IMG/VR virus record: IMGVR_UViG_3300020156_000034
Coordinates: 1 to 55,703 of that record
Strand: one strand, 5' to 3'
From: a virus
Lineage: Duplodnaviria > Caudoviricetes
DNA: 55,703 nt
Part shown: piece after piece, positions 45,314 through 54,719 of the stretch
Layout of the letters: every line of letters begins with the position of its first letter
Position numbering within the stretch: the first letter of the stretch is position 1
Notes under the pieces: model-generated
What the model saw: only the letters and a program-made list of their open reading frames with translations
The model's database searches: none
What the model was told of the DNA's origin: nothing
Program-made: the position numbers and the translations under genes

Positions 45314-45679
45314 CTACTTCCTCTGGAGGCCGTCAACGAGCCGGATCAACTGGCGTTTGATGTCAGCGGAATATCCGATGAGCGTCTGGTCCTGGGCGCT
45401 CAGCGGCGCGCGCGCCGGCCCAAACATGCGCTCGATCAATCGCGCGGTGTCGCCCTTGCCGGCGAGCTCGAGGAAGCGGGCGGGCGGCTGTCCCGTCACC
45501 TCCGCCAGGCGAAGGAGCGTTTCGACGCTGACGCGGCGATCTTTCAATCCTCGCACCAACGCCGACTGACTGAGGCCCACGGCCGCCGCGAGTGCGGCGT
45601 TGATGCCGCGCGTCTTGCCCGTGACCCCCGCGAAGCCCGCCCGCTTCGCGGCGGCCATCACCGCATCGTAGAGTGTCAC
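45314..45679 (-). CDS. HTH (XRE-like) regulator
   Basis: ALAAAVGLSQSALVRGL...SVETLLRLAEVTG. Confidence 0.7.
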   Translation of the reverse strand: MTLYDAVMAAAKRAGFAGVTGKTRGINAALAAAVGLSQSALVRGLKDRRVSVETLLRLAEVTGQPPARFLELAGKGDTARLIERMFGPARAPLSAQDQTLIGYSADIKRQLIRLVDGLQRK

Positions 45680-45960
45680 TTTCCCGTTCCAAGCTCGCGA
45701 TCGATTTCATCGATCAGGCGTTTGAGGCTGTCGTCCCCACCAGCGTTGCGCCTGGCGCGCAGCTCGGTCACGGATACCCAGCCACCGGAGGCCGTTACCA
45801 GCAGCCCGTGCTCCGCCCGTCCTGTCCAGCGATCGACGCGGATCAGCGCATCGTGGTGAGTCGCGTGCGCCCGCCATTCGTAGCGGGGAAACGCGGCGTG
45901 CAGCAGCAGCGCCGCGGCAATGATCGTGACGCCGATGAACCAATCCCGTCGCCTCATCAT
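45676..45960 (-). CDS. Small membrane-anchored protein
   Basis: N-terminal TM helix; RVDRWTG; in the immunity region. Confidence 0.65.
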   Translation of the reverse strand: MMRRRDWFIGVTIIAAALLLHAAFPRYEWRAHATHHDALIRVDRWTGRAEHGLLVTASGGWVSVTELRARRNAGGDDSLKRLIDEIDRELGTGK

Positions 45961-46373
45961 GGCTCCGTTCCATTGAGATCACTCGCCACCTCGGCGGCTG
46001 TGCCGAGATGCGTGATGTTCAGATACGCGCAGCTGTCTCGCACTACCACGTGTGCGCGGCGGCTGGTTCCCAGCAGTGTGTAGGTGAACTCTTGAGCGAC
46101 GCGGTGTTTCCGTGCCGTCCACGCCGCGACGTCCACCGTTGTTGCGAGTTCGCCGCCGACCACGTCCTCAACGCGGCGGTTGAGCAGCCTGCTCGGTGCG
46201 ACGAGCAAGGCTCCGGGGGTATGTTCGGTATATCCGATGTACTCCAATCGATCGCAGTCGATCCGGATGGTGATGTCGTGCATGGGCATCCTAACGAGGT
46301 CTTTCGGCACGAGGCGTAGAACCTTAGCCGGTCCGACCTTTCCGACGAAAGGACTCCCGTTCTTCACGGGCAC
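45957..46373 (-). CDS. Hypothetical protein (possible PAS-like fold)
   Basis: LEYIGY...LLNRRVEDVVG...FTYTL pattern; start uncertain. Confidence 0.45.
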   Translation of the reverse strand: MPVKNGSPFVGKVGPAKVLRLVPKDLVRMPMHDITIRIDCDRLEYIGYTEHTPGALLVAPSRLLNRRVEDVVGGELATTVDVAAWTARKHRVAQEFTYTLLGTSRRAHVVVRDSCAYLNITHLGTAAEVASDLNGTEP

Positions 46374-46875
46374 CTTCCTTTCCGACGGCCTCCACGAACG
46401 ACAAATGATCGAGGACTTGTTTTGTTTGCGCAGCGGTGAGCTTGCGAAAACGGTTCACGAACTCGGCTTCCAACCCGTGAATGACCACTATTCCCTCCAG
46501 CATTGGTAAATCGTCTGGAACTGCGGGCGCGCCCGGATGACTCCGGTTCCAGTGCAGCACTTCCAGCAAGCGCAGAGGGTCTAACCCCAGGGTCCTCGCG
46601 AGCATATAAATGACCGGCGCCGGTGGCGAGGGTCGGTGCCCCTCCTCGATTTGCCACAATTCGGATCGGCTTAGGTCCACTCCCTTTGCTTTCAACCGAT
46701 TAACGGCCCCCTGTAGTGACAGCCCAGCCTCAAGACGGGCCGTTCGCAAGAGCGCCCCGAACGCGGCTGTCGCCGGTCCGGCATCCCCAGCAGCACCCTT
46801 CTGCTTTTTCGCCTGTTGTTTCACGTGTGCCTGACAGGGTAGGTCGGCCGGTAGCTGTGGCGAAAGGGGAGTCAT
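46324..46875 (-). CDS. cI-like XRE repressor
   Basis: FGALLRTARLEAGLSL...SRSELWQIEEG.RPSP..VIYMLARTLGLD; divergent from cro; start at 46875 or 46824. Confidence 0.8.
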   Translation of the reverse strand: MTPLSPQLPADLPCQAHVKQQAKKQKGAAGDAGPATAAFGALLRTARLEAGLSLQGAVNRLKAKGVDLSRSELWQIEEGHRPSPPAPVIYMLARTLGLDPLRLLEVLHWNRSHPGAPAVPDDLPMLEGIVVIHGLEAEFVNRFRKLTAAQTKQVLDHLSFVEAVGKEGAREERESFRRKGRTG

Positions 46876-46885
46876 AAAAAATTGT

Positions 46886-46914
46886 TTGACAGGCAAAACG
46901 ACTTCACCGATACT
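46886..46914 (+). promoter_or_regulatory. Early rightward sigma70 promoter
   Basis: TTGACA-17 nt-GATACT; the predicted +1 falls on GTG 46921. Confidence 0.8.
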
Positions 46915-46920
46915 TGTCTC

Positions 46921-47130
46921 GTGACGAAAACAGCTAACCGGCTTCGCGTTCTGCGAGCCGAACGCCGATGGAACCAGCGCAAGACAGCGCAGAAGGCCAG
47001 GATTGGCTTCGACCGCTACTGGCGCATCGAAAACGGCCACACCGAGCCAACGGGCGATGAGATCGCGTCCCTCGCCAATCTGTTCAAAGTCACGCCCTCC
47101 GAGGTCTTCCCCTGGGCGGTGACGGCGTGA
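46921..47130 (+). CDS. Cro-like HTH regulator
   Basis: NRLRVLRAERRWNQ...YWRIENG.TEP...IASLANLFKVTPSEVF. Confidence 0.85.
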   Translation: MTKTANRLRVLRAERRWNQRKTAQKARIGFDRYWRIENGHTEPTGDEIASLANLFKVTPSEVFPWAVTA

Positions 47131-47237
47131 CCGGAGAGGCCCTGCGTCGATATGCGCAGCTGCACGGCGTCGTCGCTGCACTCAAGTTGCTGGCGGACGC
47201 CGTCAACGCGCCTCAATCTCCGGAGCCGTCGAAGTGA
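47127..47237 (+). CDS. 36-aa hypothetical protein (not in the ORF track)
   Basis: GTGA coupling at both ends; MTGEALRRYAQLHGVVAALKLLADAVNAPQSPEPSK. Confidence 0.5.
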   Translation: MTGEALRRYAQLHGVVAALKLLADAVNAPQSPEPSK

Positions 47238-47584
47238 GCGGCGTCCACGGCGTCCGAAGCGGCGTGCAGCGCGGCCAGGTCGTCCGAGAGGGCCGCGGCC
47301 GCGCGGCGCAGGCGAAGCTGAAGCCGACCGACCTGACGGATGCGGCGCTCGACCTGTCCCGCGAGGTTTATCTGACGCTGGCGCAGGCGGCACGTTACCT
47401 CAAGAGGTCCGTCGGCGCCGTGAAGATGCTGAAAAAGCGGGGGGTGATTCCGCCCTATTGCTACACCTACCTGGGCGGCTCGCTCCTGTTCATTCGTGAG
47501 GCGCTGGACGAACTGCTTCAGAAGAAGGAGCGGCTGCAATTGGCGCGGAGTGGTTCTGACGCTGTTCATGGAGAGAGAGGTTAG
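47234..47584 (+). CDS. Excisionase-like HTH protein
   Basis: YLTLAQAARYLKRSVGAVKML..RGVIP...LFIREALDE. Confidence 0.7.
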   Translation: MSGVHGVRSGVQRGQVVREGRGRAAQAKLKPTDLTDAALDLSREVYLTLAQAARYLKRSVGAVKMLKKRGVIPPYCYTYLGGSLLFIREALDELLQKKERLQLARSGSDAVHGERG

Positions 47585-47589
47585 CGACT

Positions 47590-47970
47590 GTGAGCCTGGC
47601 AACGCTACGAAACGATTCCGCCGAGTCTTTCCACTCCTCCCCACGAGTGGAAACCGATGGAAAGTCCCTGTCGCTGCGTTGCCTCAACGAGGCGATCGAC
47701 CATAGCGCCATTCCAGCGAAGACGCTGGCCGACGAGGTCGGCGTGAGTGAGGGTGAGTTTTCGAAGCTCCGCGCAGGACGGTTCAGGCTCGAGCATCTGG
47801 ACCGCCTCCCGCCCGAGGTCATCGCCGACTGGCAGCAGCGGCTCGAGGCCGCGAGGGGAGAGCTGGGACAGTCCCGCGAAGAGGTGGTGATGGCGCGTGC
47901 CGCCCATGCACTCATCGACGCGCTGGCGGTCCTTCGCACCGGCCGCCGCATGGTGAAGGCGCGACTCTGA
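47590..47970 (+). CDS. HTH protein (CII-like position)
   Basis: AKTLADEVGVSEGEFSKL. Confidence 0.6.
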   Translation: MSLATLRNDSAESFHSSPRVETDGKSLSLRCLNEAIDHSAIPAKTLADEVGVSEGEFSKLRAGRFRLEHLDRLPPEVIADWQQRLEAARGELGQSREEVVMARAAHALIDALAVLRTGRRMVKARL

Positions 47971-47989
47971 CTCGCAGGGGAGTGAGCAC

Positions 47990-48358
47990 ATGGAAATGGT
48001 GATCGGTTGCGTGTTGATTGCGGCGGCGGTGGTCCTGGCGCTTGTGCCTGATTTCAAGGAGTTACGAGATGTTCGACGCCGTCTGCGCGTGGCTCGTGAA
48101 ACTGAGGAAGCGCGTCACAGCTGCACGCACCGCGAACCAGCGCGTCCTGGCTTGCTGGCTGAGAGGGCACCAGTTCGGCACCCCACAACTGGCGGACGGG
48201 CGGATGTTTCTCTGCTGCTCGCACTGTCAGCACCGGACGATCGGCTGGTGGTGGGAAATCAAGAGGCTCGAGTGTTCGAGACCCGCCTCCTGGCCTTCAA
48301 GCGCGAACTGGCTACTCGGAACGAATCGCTCGACGGGCTCCGGATTGAACGCTCATGA
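47990..48358 (+). CDS. Hypothetical protein with N-terminal TM helix
   Basis: Hydrophobic N-terminus; purine-rich RBS. Confidence 0.55.
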   Translation: MEMVIGCVLIAAAVVLALVPDFKELRDVRRRLRVARETEEARHSCTHREPARPGLLAERAPVRHPTTGGRADVSLLLALSAPDDRLVVGNQEARVFETRLLAFKRELATRNESLDGLRIERS

Positions 48359-48696
48359 GTGATCGGAACTACGCGCAGGAGGCCGCGCAGATCGTAGCGG
48401 GGCAGAGCAGGCTGATTCCCGAGAAGGCGCACCTGCTGGCGATGGCGGGGCAGGTCCAGTCCGCGGCGATGAACGTCGAGACGCTGGCGAAGAGCCTCGC
48501 GGCGGTGATGGTCGACAACGATCTCGTCACGATGACGCTCCCGAAGGAACTGTTCGACGAGGTCGCGAAGCGCCAGGCGGGTATTCAGATCGAGCGACGG
48601 CCTGACGGCAGCATCGCCATCAGCCGCACCGGGCTCACGCCGGAGGAGGAGATTCGCCAGAAGGCGACGCACCCGCAGGTGCAGAAGGTCCAGTAA
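48355..48696 (+). CDS. Hypothetical protein
   Basis: ATGA coupling. Confidence 0.65.
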   Translation: MSDRNYAQEAAQIVAGQSRLIPEKAHLLAMAGQVQSAAMNVETLAKSLAAVMVDNDLVTMTLPKELFDEVAKRQAGIQIERRPDGSIAISRTGLTPEEEIRQKATHPQVQKVQ

Positions 48697-48750
48697 ACGA
48701 CGAAGGCCGAGCTGCTGGAACAGCCCGGCCCATGAAAGGAAACCAACGAG

Positions 48751-49815
48751 ATGCCCCCAACTGTAGCGAATCCCCCTCAGACAGGTCAAGCCATGTCAAA
48801 GCCGACCGATAGTCAGGCCCTGGCGACGCGTGAGCAGGCGCTGGTCCCGGACGTCATCACCACCCCGGCGGAGTTCAAGCGGTCGCTCAGTGTCTGGCAG
48901 AGCGAGCACTACCACGTGCTCACGCCGCAGGCGGACTTCGGCTCCCTGCCGCCGCAGTGGACGATCGTGCCGTCGATCGTGAAGCTCGATCCGGACCCTA
49001 ATGCCGGCGACGTCTACCGCGACAGCCTGTTCTGCAAGGGCGACGAGGTTGCCCCCACGAAGGTGGCGTTGCGCAAGCTGGCGCGGGGCGGCGGTCTGAG
49101 CTGGACGACTCGCCGGACCGACTCGGGCAATGTCCAGAACTACTGGTCGATGAGCGCCACGATCAGTTACCGCGGCTTCGATGGGCAGATGAAGACATCG
49201 GAAGCATCCTACGAGTGGGACCTGAGGGACGGCTCCGCGCGCATCGGCAACATGAGCGCGAAGGAACTCAACCGCGCGCGCCTGAACGGGTATCGGCGGT
49301 GCGAGGCGGGCGCCATCAATGCGGCCATTCGCGAGTATGGACTGAAGCAGAAGTACTCGCAGGAGGACCTCCTGAAGCCCTTCGTGGTGCTGAACCTCGT
49401 GTTCAACCCCGACATGGCCGATCCGCAGCAGAAGGCGGCGGTGCTCCAGAGCGCCCTGACCAACACGGCGCTGCTCTACGGCTCCACCGAACCGGAGCCG
49501 TCCGGCTCCCCCAAGGGGAGAGGGGAGGTTGTCGGAGAGTTCAACGCCAACGAGCCCGAGCCCGAAGTGCGGGAGTTCGACGCGGACGAACCCGCCCAAG
49601 CGAAAACCGCCGGCGTGAAGATCCTCAGCGTCGGCCAGGTTGGTGAGCGGGACGAGTTCATCGTCACCATCGAAGGCGGACGGAAGCTGCGCACCGACGA
49701 TCGGATGATCGCCAACGCCTGCGTCAGGGCGAAGAAGGCCGGGACGGCGCTGCCGCTCGTCGTCGATGACCAGGGCGAGATTCTTGAAATCGAAGCGGAG
49801 GACAAGGGGCTGTGA
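48751..49815 (+). CDS. Hypothetical protein, candidate single-strand annealing recombinase
   Basis: Precedes sbcD/sbcC; acidic linker and small C-terminal domain. Confidence 0.5.
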   Translation: MPPTVANPPQTGQAMSKPTDSQALATREQALVPDVITTPAEFKRSLSVWQSEHYHVLTPQADFGSLPPQWTIVPSIVKLDPDPNAGDVYRDSLFCKGDEVAPTKVALRKLARGGGLSWTTRRTDSGNVQNYWSMSATISYRGFDGQMKTSEASYEWDLRDGSARIGNMSAKELNRARLNGYRRCEAGAINAAIREYGLKQKYSQEDLLKPFVVLNLVFNPDMADPQQKAAVLQSALTNTALLYGSTEPEPSGSPKGRGEVVGEFNANEPEPEVREFDADEPAQAKTAGVKILSVGQVGERDEFIVTIEGGRKLRTDDRMIANACVRAKKAGTALPLVVDDQGEILEIEAEDKGL

Positions 49816-51074
49816 CGCTCCATCGCTTCGTTCACATCGGTGACCTGCACCTGGGGCCGAACAGCCGGAACGCCGATCGGCGCGCGGCGCTCGACCAGAT
49901 CATCGCAGAGCAACGCACCCAGCCCGTCGCGGCCTGGCTGATCCCGGGTGACTTGAACCACGGTCGGCAGACGATCGAGGACAAGAACTACCTGACCGAT
50001 CGCGTTATCCAGATGGCGGACCACGCGCCGGTGGTCATCGCGTACGGCAATCACGACCTCCCCGGGGACCTCGACTACCTGACGAGGCTCCACTCGGCGT
50101 GGCCTATCTACGTGGTCACGCGTCCCGAAGTGCTCACCGTGCCACTCGGCACGGGCGGCGTGGCAGCGATCTATGTCCTGCCATATCCCACGCGCGCCGG
50201 CCTGATCGGGGCCGGCGTCCCGTCTGACGGGGTCGTGGATGCTGCGCGCGGGGCACTCGACATCATGTTCATGTCGGCGGCGGCGCAGCTCGAGGAGGCG
50301 CGGAAGGGCGGCGCCGTCACGCTGGTGATCGGACACGTCAACGTCGCGGGCTCCGTGTCCTCGTCCGGTCAGCCGAACATCGGCAAGGAAATCGAGGTCG
50401 ACCCGGCACTCCTGCAGCGGTTCGGCAACATCTACATCGGCCTGAACCACATCCACAAGGGTCAGGCCATCGCAGGCGCGGTGTATCCCGGCTCCGTCTG
50501 TCGGTTGGATTGGGGCGAAGTCGAAGAGAAGCACTACTTGATCGTGGAGTGTGCGGCCGATGGGTCCTTCCAGTGGTGGCCGCAGCCGATCGACGTCGCC
50601 CCCATGTATCACGTCGAGGGGGAGCTGACGCGCGAGTCGTTCACGTGGCACCTGGGCGACACGCCCGGCGATGCCCCGGAGTCGTGGGACGGCTGCGAGG
50701 TGCGCGTCCGCTACCGCTACAACGCGGAAGAGAAGGCCGCCCTCAACGTCGACCTCGTCGCGGCGCCGTTCGCCGGTGCGAAGCGGCTTGAGTTCGACCC
50801 CATCGCGGTGCGCACCCGCGCCGTCAGATCGCCCGAGGTGGCCGCCGCGGTCACGCTCGAAGCCAAGGTAGAAGCGTTCGTCCGGATGTCAGGGCTCCCA
50901 TGGGGAGAAGGCATGGAAACGAAGTTCGCCGCCCTCCAGAATCCGGACGGGGCCGCGTTCCTCACCCAGGTTCAACAGGAATTGTCAGGGGCCGTCGGAT
51001 CCACGCAATCCCGTGATGGCTCCGCTTCAAGTGTGGCGGTCCCTGACAGTGATCTCGCGGGGGTGGCACTGTGA
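49812..51074 (+). CDS. sbcD: SbcD/Mre11-like nuclease
   Basis: DLH, GD, GNHD, GH and HIH metallophosphoesterase motifs. Confidence 0.9.
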   Translation: MTLHRFVHIGDLHLGPNSRNADRRAALDQIIAEQRTQPVAAWLIPGDLNHGRQTIEDKNYLTDRVIQMADHAPVVIAYGNHDLPGDLDYLTRLHSAWPIYVVTRPEVLTVPLGTGGVAAIYVLPYPTRAGLIGAGVPSDGVVDAARGALDIMFMSAAAQLEEARKGGAVTLVIGHVNVAGSVSSSGQPNIGKEIEVDPALLQRFGNIYIGLNHIHKGQAIAGAVYPGSVCRLDWGEVEEKHYLIVECAADGSFQWWPQPIDVAPMYHVEGELTRESFTWHLGDTPGDAPESWDGCEVRVRYRYNAEEKAALNVDLVAAPFAGAKRLEFDPIAVRTRAVRSPEVAAAVTLEAKVEAFVRMSGLPWGEGMETKFAALQNPDGAAFLTQVQQELSGAVGSTQSRDGSASSVAVPDSDLAGVAL

Positions 51075-53614
51075 AACTCGAAACCCTTTCCCTCCGTGGC
51101 GTGCTGCGATTCAGCGACACGCAGACGCTCGACCTGCGCGCGCTGCAGCCAGGGCTCATCGGCATCGTGGCGCCGAACGGCGCCGGCAAGACCAGCCTGC
51201 TCGAATCACCCTTCGCGTGCTTGTATCGGGAGTTCCCGAGCCGGGACCGGGAGATGTTCGACTACGTCACCCGCGCGGACGGCTTCATCGAGACGACGTT
51301 CGAGCTGGAAGGGCAGGGGCTCTTCCGCGCGCGCCTGGCGCTCGACGGTCCGCACCGGAAGGCGGAAGCGATCCTCGCGCGCATCGCCGCCGATGGCTCT
51401 CAGGTGATCCTGAACGGCGACAGCAAGGTCAGCACCTACGACGCCGCGATCCGGCAATTCCTGCCGGACCGGGCGCTGGTCCTTGCCTCCGTGTTCGCGG
51501 CGCAGAACCGATCGGGGTCCTTCGCCAAGCTGGATAAGAAGGGGAAGAAGGACCTGTTCGCGAAGCTGCTCGGGCTCGACCACTATGAGGAGCTGGCGAA
51601 GCGCGCGAAGCAGGCGGCCGACCTCACGCAGCAGTCGATCGACAGCCTCTCGGCCCGGCGGGACCTGCTGGCGAGCGACGCCAGCCAGAAGATCGCGGAT
51701 GCCCTCGACCAGCTCGCCCAGCAGCTGCAGATCGACGGCGGCACGATCGAACTCCGCCGGGCCGACCTCGGCCCGCAGATCGGGAACCTCGACGCCGCGC
51801 TGACAGCGTGCCAGGAAGCGGCCGCCCAGCATGCCGCCGCGACCTCGAGACAGGACGCGGTCCTGCGCGACATCGGCCGGCTGACGGCGGAGCACCGCGC
51901 GGTGGAAGAGACGCTCCGCAGCTTACCGGCCGCCGAGGCGCGGGAAGTGGAGGCCGTATCCGCAGCTCTCGAGGGTGCCAGACGGCAACACGTCAATGAC
52001 GTAAAGGACACGTCAGCTCTGGACGCGGAGCTACAGGAGATTGACCAGCAGGAGGCCGCCACACACGCTGATGCCGACAGGCGGATCCAGCGGAATCAGG
52101 AGCTGGCTGGGCGGGCCGACGCGATCCGCGCGGCCGTGGAGTCAACGCACGCGGCCCAGCTCGCCATCAAGGCGAAGCGCCAGGCGCAGGGCGAACTGAT
52201 GGAGCGCAAGGACGCGCTGACGCGGCGTGAGCAGGTGCAGCGTGACGCACTGTCGGATGTCCTGACCGCAGAGCGCGAACTGGCGTCGGCCCATGCGGCG
52301 GCTTCCCGCATCGGCAACATGCCCTTCGGTGAGGATTGCGCGCCGTGCGGCTTCCTCGTGGATGCGGTCGCCGCGAAGGCTCAGATCCCCGGGCTTGAGG
52401 AGCGCGTCGCGGCGCGGTCAACGATCGAAGCCGAGATTCAGCAGATCGCCGCCGAGGCTGCTGGGATCGCGGCCGACATTCACGCCATCAGCGGCGACGT
52501 CGCGAGACTCGAAGAACAGATCGCGTCGGCCCAGAAGGATGCCGCGGCCGAGGCAGACCTTGCGGCGGCCGAGGAACGCATCAAGGGCCACGAGCGGCGG
52601 AAGACGGAAGCCACCGAACTGGCTGTGAGTCTCCGCGCGGCCGCGCACACCAGGGCAGACCAGCGCGTAGCGCGGCTCGATGCCGACCTGAAGAAGGCGG
52701 AAGCGGTCCACGCGAGTGCGCTCGGCGCCTTGCGGGAGCGGTTCGACCGTCAGGCCACCGAACTCAACGCCACCAGGGTGCGCCTTGGCGATCAGCTCGA
52801 AGCCCTGTCCGTGGAGCGTAACGAACTGGAGGCGACGATCGCGGCTACCGCGGCCGCCAGCGTCGACGCGACCCGGCTGACGGCGGACCTCGCTGCCGCC
52901 CGGCAGGAATGGGACGAGACGACGAGCGCCCTCGCCAGCGTGCGCGCGCGCGTCGAGGACCTGAACCGCCGGCGGGAGGAGTGGGTGGCGAAGCACGACG
53001 AGTGGGTTGGCGTGACGCGCCAGGTCGAGCGCCTGACGGCCCAGCACGTCGAGTGGACAAACCTCGCCAAGGCGTTCGGGCGGGACGGACTGCCGGTCCT
53101 CGAGATCGACGCGGCCGGGCCGACCATCTCCGGCCTGGTGAACGACCTCCTGCGTGTGTGCGGGATGGGCCGGTTCTCGGTGGACCTCGTCACCCAGGAA
53201 GCCAAGGTGACGAAGGGGAAGGACGGCTCCCTCTACAAGGACTCCTTCGAGCTGAAGATCCTCGATGCCGAGCGCGGCGGGGAACCCCGGGACCTGTCGG
53301 ACCTGTCGGGTGGTGAGCAGGTCATCGTCGATGAGGCCCTGAAGCTGGCGATCGCCATCTACGTCAATCAGCGGAACGTCGCGCCGATTCGCACCATGTT
53401 CCGGGACGAGACGACGGGCGCCCTCGATCCGGAGAACGCGCTGCGCTACATGAGCATGCTGCGCCGCGCCCACGAAATCGGCGGCTTCCACCACACGCTG
53501 TTCGTCTCGCACAACCCGGACTGCTACGCCATGGCCGATGCCCAGGTGCACATCGCGGACGGTCAGATCAGCGTGCAGGAGCCGCCCTACGCGGCGGCAG
53601 CGGAGGCGGCGTGA
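51071..53614 (+). CDS. sbcC: SbcC/Rad50-like SMC ATPase
   Basis: PNGAGKT, coiled coil with central CAPC, LSGGEQ, DETTGALD, SH. Confidence 0.9.
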   Translation: MKLETLSLRGVLRFSDTQTLDLRALQPGLIGIVAPNGAGKTSLLESPFACLYREFPSRDREMFDYVTRADGFIETTFELEGQGLFRARLALDGPHRKAEAILARIAADGSQVILNGDSKVSTYDAAIRQFLPDRALVLASVFAAQNRSGSFAKLDKKGKKDLFAKLLGLDHYEELAKRAKQAADLTQQSIDSLSARRDLLASDASQKIADALDQLAQQLQIDGGTIELRRADLGPQIGNLDAALTACQEAAAQHAAATSRQDAVLRDIGRLTAEHRAVEETLRSLPAAEAREVEAVSAALEGARRQHVNDVKDTSALDAELQEIDQQEAATHADADRRIQRNQELAGRADAIRAAVESTHAAQLAIKAKRQAQGELMERKDALTRREQVQRDALSDVLTAERELASAHAAASRIGNMPFGEDCAPCGFLVDAVAAKAQIPGLEERVAARSTIEAEIQQIAAEAAGIAADIHAISGDVARLEEQIASAQKDAAAEADLAAAEERIKGHERRKTEATELAVSLRAAAHTRADQRVARLDADLKKAEAVHASALGALRERFDRQATELNATRVRLGDQLEALSVERNELEATIAATAAASVDATRLTADLAAARQEWDETTSALASVRARVEDLNRRREEWVAKHDEWVGVTRQVERLTAQHVEWTNLAKAFGRDGLPVLEIDAAGPTISGLVNDLLRVCGMGRFSVDLVTQEAKVTKGKDGSLYKDSFELKILDAERGGEPRDLSDLSGGEQVIVDEALKLAIAIYVNQRNVAPIRTMFRDETTGALDPENALRYMSMLRRAHEIGGFHHTLFVSHNPDCYAMADAQVHIADGQISVQEPPYAAAAEAA

Positions 53615-54039
53615 TGCTCGACAGGAGAGCGCCGGCGAAGCCGGAACGCGGCGAATACCGCCTGAAGCAGAAGGCGAAGCGGCGTGAGTTGGTGAACAAA
53701 GAGGACGCCATCAAGGCGGACTCCAAGCGCCGCGACGGGCACCGCTGCCGCTGGTTCCATGAGACGCCGGAGGAGGAGCGGGAATGCCGCGACCTCCGGA
53801 AGGACTCCGCCCACATCGGCCACAAGGGCATGGGCGGTGACAAACAGCTACTCCGTACGAAGCGTGAGCTGCTGGTGACGATGGGCCTGCGCTGCCACGA
53901 CCGGTTCGACAAGCGCGGCGATCGGCGCGTCGTCTTCCTGACGAAGGACAAGGCGGACGGGATCATCGCCTGCGAGGTGAAGCGCGGCGGCCGGTGGGTT
54001 GAGATCGGGCGCGAAATCTCGATCGGCGTCTGGGCGTGA
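53611..54039 (+). CDS. HNH-like protein
   Basis: RRDGHRC...AHIGHKGMGG...RCHDRFD. Confidence 0.6.
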   Translation: MMLDRRAPAKPERGEYRLKQKAKRRELVNKEDAIKADSKRRDGHRCRWFHETPEEERECRDLRKDSAHIGHKGMGGDKQLLRTKRELLVTMGLRCHDRFDKRGDRRVVFLTKDKADGIIACEVKRGGRWVEIGREISIGVWA

Positions 54040-54153
54040 CACGAACGAGGAGCACGGGTGAGGGTCCGGCGCCCACTCAATTCTGAGTCGCCCTTGGAAC
54101 AGGCGGCGCCCGTGCTTCGCGTTGGTGTTCTGACAGTTCAACAGGAGAGGTCA

Positions 54154-54483
54154 ATGGCAGACGAGACGAGCGGAACGGACCAGATCACGAAGAGCCACGA
54201 TGCGCTGCCCGCGAAGATGCGGCACCAGATCGAGGAGTGGTTCACGTACCACAAGCCGCAGGCGACCCAGCCCGAACGCTACGTACGGATCCGCGCCGCG
54301 GCGAAGCACCTGGCGCTGGAGATTGCGGCCTGCACGCCGGTGAGCGCGGACCAGAACGCGGCTTTCCGGAAGCTCCGCGAGACGGTGATGACCGCGAACG
54401 CGGCGATCGCGCTGGAGCCGGTCCCGACCGGGCTCGACCAGAACTTGCCAGCTACGACGCTCGGGGCGTTCCGCGGACTGTAA
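54154..54483 (+). CDS. Acb2/Tad1 hairpin-like protein (candidate anti-defence sponge)
   Basis: FTYHKP...Q..RY..IR..AK.LA..I...TP.S.....A..KL.E.VM.ANAAIA. Confidence 0.55.
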   Translation: MADETSGTDQITKSHDALPAKMRHQIEEWFTYHKPQATQPERYVRIRAAAKHLALEIAACTPVSADQNAAFRKLRETVMTANAAIALEPVPTGLDQNLPATTLGAFRGL

Positions 54484-54719
54484 AGGGCTCGACCGCGGCA
54501 ACGCTCCGCACCTTCGGCTGGATGGTTTGAACACCCGAGGGAAATGCGTGACAGCCGGAGAGACGGCACCGAATCCCGCGCGGTGGGTTACAGACCACGG
54601 CGCGGACTGCTGCGAACGCCAGCGCAGGCAAGCACAAAGGGCCAGAACACGCGGCCCGGCGTGAGTATCAGGCGTGCCTTTCCCGGTTTCAGAGCAAACC
54701 GGGTGCATTCACAACACAC

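Noticed and set aside
46324-47181. 285-aa repressor as given in the ORF track
   Set aside because: The N-terminal extension overlaps cro and its promoter; the real start is at or downstream of 46875
48018-48362. Alternative-frame ORF with CWLRGH...CSHC, overlapping gene 47990
   Set aside because: The Cys/His pattern is suggestive, but there is no clear RBS and I cannot decide between frames without homologs
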